A DNA stretch of 23,715 bases. Source: Octopus sinensis (lineage: Eukaryota). Made by a program: the position numbers and the translations under genes. The notes beneath the pieces are model-generated. The model ran no database searches. It worked only from the letters and a program-made list of their open reading frames with translations, and was not told the origin of the DNA. Numbering within the stretch: the first letter of the stretch is position 1; each line of letters opens with the position of its first letter. The DNA is taken from positions 1-23,715 of the forward strand of contig NW_021836549.1 in NCBI RefSeq assembly GCF_006345805.1, read 5' to 3'. Positions 22,531 to 23,715 of the stretch are shown here, one piece after another.

Positions 22531-23715
22531 ATACAGCAAGCAAGATCAATTCGAAGGGAGACAGAAAAGATGAAGCAGAGACACAAATTTCCCTTCGTCA
22601 CCCGTTAAAGTGAAATTCGTCGCCATATTTGTTTCACTGTTTGTTTTTTCTACATGTCCATCTTGTTTTGATTGTTTTTTTGTATATATATTTCTCTTCC
22701 ATTTTGAATCATAAAGCCACGCAGACTTAGGTTTAACATTAGTATATACGTACACACACATATATATTATATGTATTCTATATACGTGTATTTATATATA
22801 TGTTTATATATATATCTGCGTTTGGTGTGTTCGTTGGCGTGCATATGCATGTGCACCCGTGCATGGATGGACAACTTAGCGTGGCATTCATAAAGTTCAG
22901 AACATACCAAACTGAATGAACAGAGAAGAAATTTCGTCGAAATGGAATAAACCAATAACCATATTTTATTTTCTTCTTACATTTTCGTTTTGAATTGTTT
23001 ATTTTCTTGGCAAAAACGATTTGTTTTCATTATTCTTTGTTTAATGTCTTTTGTTTTGTTTTGTTTTTTCGCTTTTCTGTTTTGTTTTTTTGCTTTTTGT
23101 TTTGTCGATTCTGGAACAGTCTATGAATCTGTCCATTCACACAAATCTTTATCTAGGAAATTGATTGTTTTGAAACATTGGCACCGTACGTTTTGGCACT
23201 GTACTATTTACTGTGTCGAAAGTAACACAAACGCCATGTTAAAAATTTTATCGTAGTCATTTTAAATATATTTGCAGCTACGTTTAGTTTCATTATATTA
23301 TTTTAATGTAAAAAATATTCATAGACTCCAAAGTTCCAGAAAAATTATCTCAAAACTCACAAAACTTGTTAACTGATATTTTTCATGAAGTTTTCTCTAC
23401 AATATTCTTTAGAATATTTTAGAGAACCAGTTTATCTTCAAGATAAATCAAGAAAATTCCGACTTGGTTTTTGCGAATGAAATCATGCTATTATCCAAGT
23501 AAAATGCTTTATTTGAACCTGAACGAAATATAATAGAAAAAAAAAGAATATTTAAACAACATTTTGTTTTATGAACGTATTAATAGGAAGATGAATATTT
23601 ACAATGAAAGGAAAAGTTAAAATAAGCTATTAATATTACATTTACTAAACAGCAAAAGAACTCCCAGCCTACCGTCAAACCATTTCACCATTTATCATCG
23701 GTTACATCCTGTCTC

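Overview
AT-rich, microsatellite-saturated eukaryotic non-coding DNA (intron or intergenic). It is most likely from a coleoid cephalopod (Octopus): I recognise from memory several tRNA-derived SINE families typical of Octopus genomes, but this was not checked against a database. No complete protein-coding gene can be supported, and nearly all ORFs in the supplied track are translations of simple repeats or SINEs. The recognisable content is transposon debris: tRNA-headed SINEs, a 5'-truncated Dong/R4-type LINE end inside an (AAT)n tract, an RTE LINE 3' end, a decayed Penelope-like element, a hAT MITE with an 8-bp target-site duplication, two further TIR elements, and possible IS630/Tc1-like transposase and L1/Tx1 RT relics. 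I found no convincing previously undescribed biological system. The most curious local structure is 5030-6549, which contains a spacerless 76-bp fold-back, a 10-bp phased array, a decayed transposase-like frame and a 50-bp inverted-repeat element. A few weak candidate exons of an unidentified host gene are also noted.
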